Assembly: GCF_963921235.1 (NCBI RefSeq)
Contig: NC_086109.1
Coordinates: 6,698,001-6,762,000, forward strand
Origin: Mobula hypostoma
Lineage: Eukaryota
Length of the DNA: 64,000 bases
Reading direction: 5' to 3'
The notes beneath the pieces were generated by a model that was not told the DNA's origin, ran no database searches, and worked only from the letters and a program-made list of their open reading frames with translations. Shown in pieces: positions 61,473 to 64,000 of the stretch; positions within the stretch are counted from its first letter, which is position 1; each line of letters starts with the position of its first letter. Both the position numbers and the translations under genes were made by a program.

Positions 61473-63789
61473 ACCTCTTTGTGGACTGTGAGTTTGTGAA
61501 GATGGTATGGAGAAAGATGCAAGGGTCTGTGTCATGTTTCACCCTGAGCAGCTGCGTTGACGGCCTTTGGTCTGCCAGCACATCGAGATGCCCGTACGGG
61601 AATGCTGCTGACTGGCACAGTCCAGGCTGCAGGAGTGTGTGGTGAAGCTCGGTGCAGACACCACATGGGTTTGGTGGGGAAGGACCCACATTGTAAGGTT
61701 CTTCTGCTACTGGACAGGGAGGGGCCAGTTTGGAAGCCCCTCTGTTATTGTAGCAGTGTACCAGCCCAGAGTACCACAGGAGTGGGAATGGTGCTATTGC
61801 TTTTAAGGTCTGTCGGATCTTGGTAATTTTCAATCCCTGGGTTCTTTTAGGAATTCAAGAACGAGTGAAAGACTTTGATTCTTCACAATCATTTATTTTA
61901 AAGTTTAAAAAAGGAACAGGTACTGAGCAGACAAAGCAGATTGGAGCTGAAAAGTTGAAGAAATTCAATATAATGCTTTCGAAACATCTATCGGCCTTAT
62001 AGTCCAGATATCAGAAATTCCTTAGTTAACAGAATCCAGTCAAAAGGCTACACAATTATAACATGTGAATGATGTTCTAACACTTAGCCAATTAAAAAAT
62101 GAAAAGGTGCCAAACCATTATGCAACTGCTATACCACTTTCTGCCAGTAGGTGGGGATGAACCACCACATATAGTGAAAAATACATCAGTTTGTTCAAGA
62201 TACTAATTGTTAAAAATACAAATTATGTCAGTAAGAAAGGATCTATGATTTTAGTCTTGCATTAATTCAACTAATATCTTATAAAAGCTATATAAAGCAA
62301 CTGATTCCAACAGGAGTATAATAGAACACTACAGTACTTATACATTGTCTAGGAATGCAAGAATGAAAAGGCATTGCATGTTTTTTTTCTTGGAAATAAC
62401 TTTTGTTGCGAATGAAGTTTATTTTGATATTAAAAATTAGCTCTCTATCTTTCCCCCTGAAGTTACTGAGCCATTTGTCATTAACAGCAAGAAACGTGAG
62501 CCAACTGTGACAACAAGATGTGATCCATTGATCTGGATGAGGAAACGAGTCCAACCGTGACTATAGAAATGCAGAACTTGGTGGGTGGAGGCAGCATAAA
62601 GTCAAAAGTTAAAATAAATGTATTTTCAAAGTACGATGATGTCACCATATACTACCCTTTAATTAATTTCCTTGTAGACATTTACAGGAAAATACAATAG
62701 AATTTATGAAAAAATATAAATAAACAAATGGCAACAAACAACTAATGTGTAAAAGGGGACAAATTGTGCTTATTAGGGAGAAGGAGAGCCTGTGGTGTGT
62801 TGAATTACTGGGTGAACGAGTAGTCTTTGGGGTACTGTGAGTTTGTGTCTTTATTGATGCTTCGCTGCACAATTGAGTGCTTGGTGGGGGGCACCGATGC
62901 TTTTTTCTGCTTGTGGGGGCTGGGTTGTTGCCTTGCTGTTGCTTATGCATGGGGGGTGAGCTGGGGGTGGGGGGACTTTGGCGTTCTAACACTTAACTGT
63001 CATTCATTGCTTGGGGCACTCCTCTGTTTTTGTGGATGTTTGCAAAGAAAAAGAACTTCAGGATGTATATTGTATACATTTCTCTGACATTAAATTGGAC
63101 CTTTGAAACCTTTGAAATAAAAGAAAACATGAGTTGTAGAGCCCTTGTGTTGAGGTGGCGTTGAGGTGAATAAAGATATCTATGCTGGTTCAGGAGCCTG
63201 ATGGTTGTAGGGAACCTAATGGTGTGGACCCAAGACTTCTGTAACTCTTGCTTGATAGTAGTGAGGAAACAGCATGGTCTAGATGTTGGGTTCCTTAATG
63301 ATGGATGCTGCTTTCTTGTGGTAGTGTTCCTTGTTGATATGCTCATTGTGGGGAGGGCTTTGCCTGTGACGGACTGTATCCAAAGTTCAAAGTAAAAATT
63401 ATTATCAGAGTACATACATGTCACCGCATACAACCCTAAGATTTCTTTTTTTCCCTGTGGGCATACTTAGCAAATCTATAGAACAGTAAGTGTTAACTGT
63501 AAACAAACTGTGCAAATGCAGATATAAATAAACAGCAATAAATAACGAGCATGAAATAACAATATAACAGAGTCCTTAAATGAGTGTAGTTATTCCCTTT
63601 TCTTCGAGAGCTTGATGGTTGAGGGGTAGTAACTGTTCTTGAACCTGGTGGTGCAAGTCCTGAGGGACTCGTACCTTCTACCTGATGGCAGAAACGTACT
63701 CTGAAGAAGTTTAAATCTTCCCTTTGACGGGAGTTCAGTGAAACCCTCTCTCTCTTCTCCCACTGTGTGATCCCTGCTGTTCTCCACAC

Positions 63790-64000
63790 GTACTGCCCGG
63801 CATATCTCTCTCCCCTACCCCTGCCCCCCACACATTTTAAATCTACTCCTCAGCTTTTCCTCTCCAGTCCTGCCGAAGGGTTTCGGCCCGAAACATCGAC
63901 TACTTTTGTCCGTAGATGCTGCCTGGTCTGCTGAGTTCCCCCAGCATTTTGCGTGTATTGCTCGGAATTCCCAGCATCTGTAGACTTTCTCTTGTTTGAG
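63790..64000 (+). mobile_element. Penelope terminal-repeat fragment with degenerate hammerhead core
   Basis: cagtc-ctgccga-agggtttcggccc-gaaa-catc-gact followed by gatgctgcctggtctgctgagttcc. Confidence 0.7.

Larger units (their letters stand above)
60020..61720 (+). mobile_element. Tx1/L1-like LINE C-terminal remnant interrupted by a solo LTR
   Basis: Removing 60148-61476 restores the frame DQTVAHL|FVDCEFVKMVWRKMQ; later ECC.LAQSRLQE..KLGA...WGRT. Confidence 0.7.

Noticed and set aside
1..64000. CRISPR arrays, rRNA genes, prokaryotic operons or intact autonomous transposons
   Set aside because: None seen; the sequence is eukaryotic and all TE copies are truncated or frameshifted

Overview
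Repeat-dense vertebrate genomic DNA. The CR1/L2/Penelope/tRNA-SINE landscape suggests a cartilaginous fish, probably a ray (inference). The main feature is a complete 11-exon secreted GH18 chitinase-family gene (CHIA/CHIT1-like) on the minus strand (52299 to 20185, 1734 bp CDS, 577 aa), assembled by hand from GT-AG sites with compatible phases. It is atypical in three ways: the DxxDxDxE motif reads DGLDLHWE (Asp to His), the conserved MxYD motif reads MTYE, and the C-terminus has three tandem chitin-binding (CBM14-like) modules instead of one. It is therefore a candidate catalytically altered, multivalent chitin-binding protein. Two final coding exons of an unidentified Arg/Ser/Asp-rich gene lie convergently on the plus strand (2616-3354). 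The rest is transposon-derived: Penelope-like elements carrying minimal hammerhead ribozyme motifs, two three-level nested insertions with readable TSDs, a solo LTR, Tc1, Tigger, hAT and Chapaev3-like elements, and two long near-perfect palindromes. All coordinates were read by eye; TE edges lacking a TSD are approximate.
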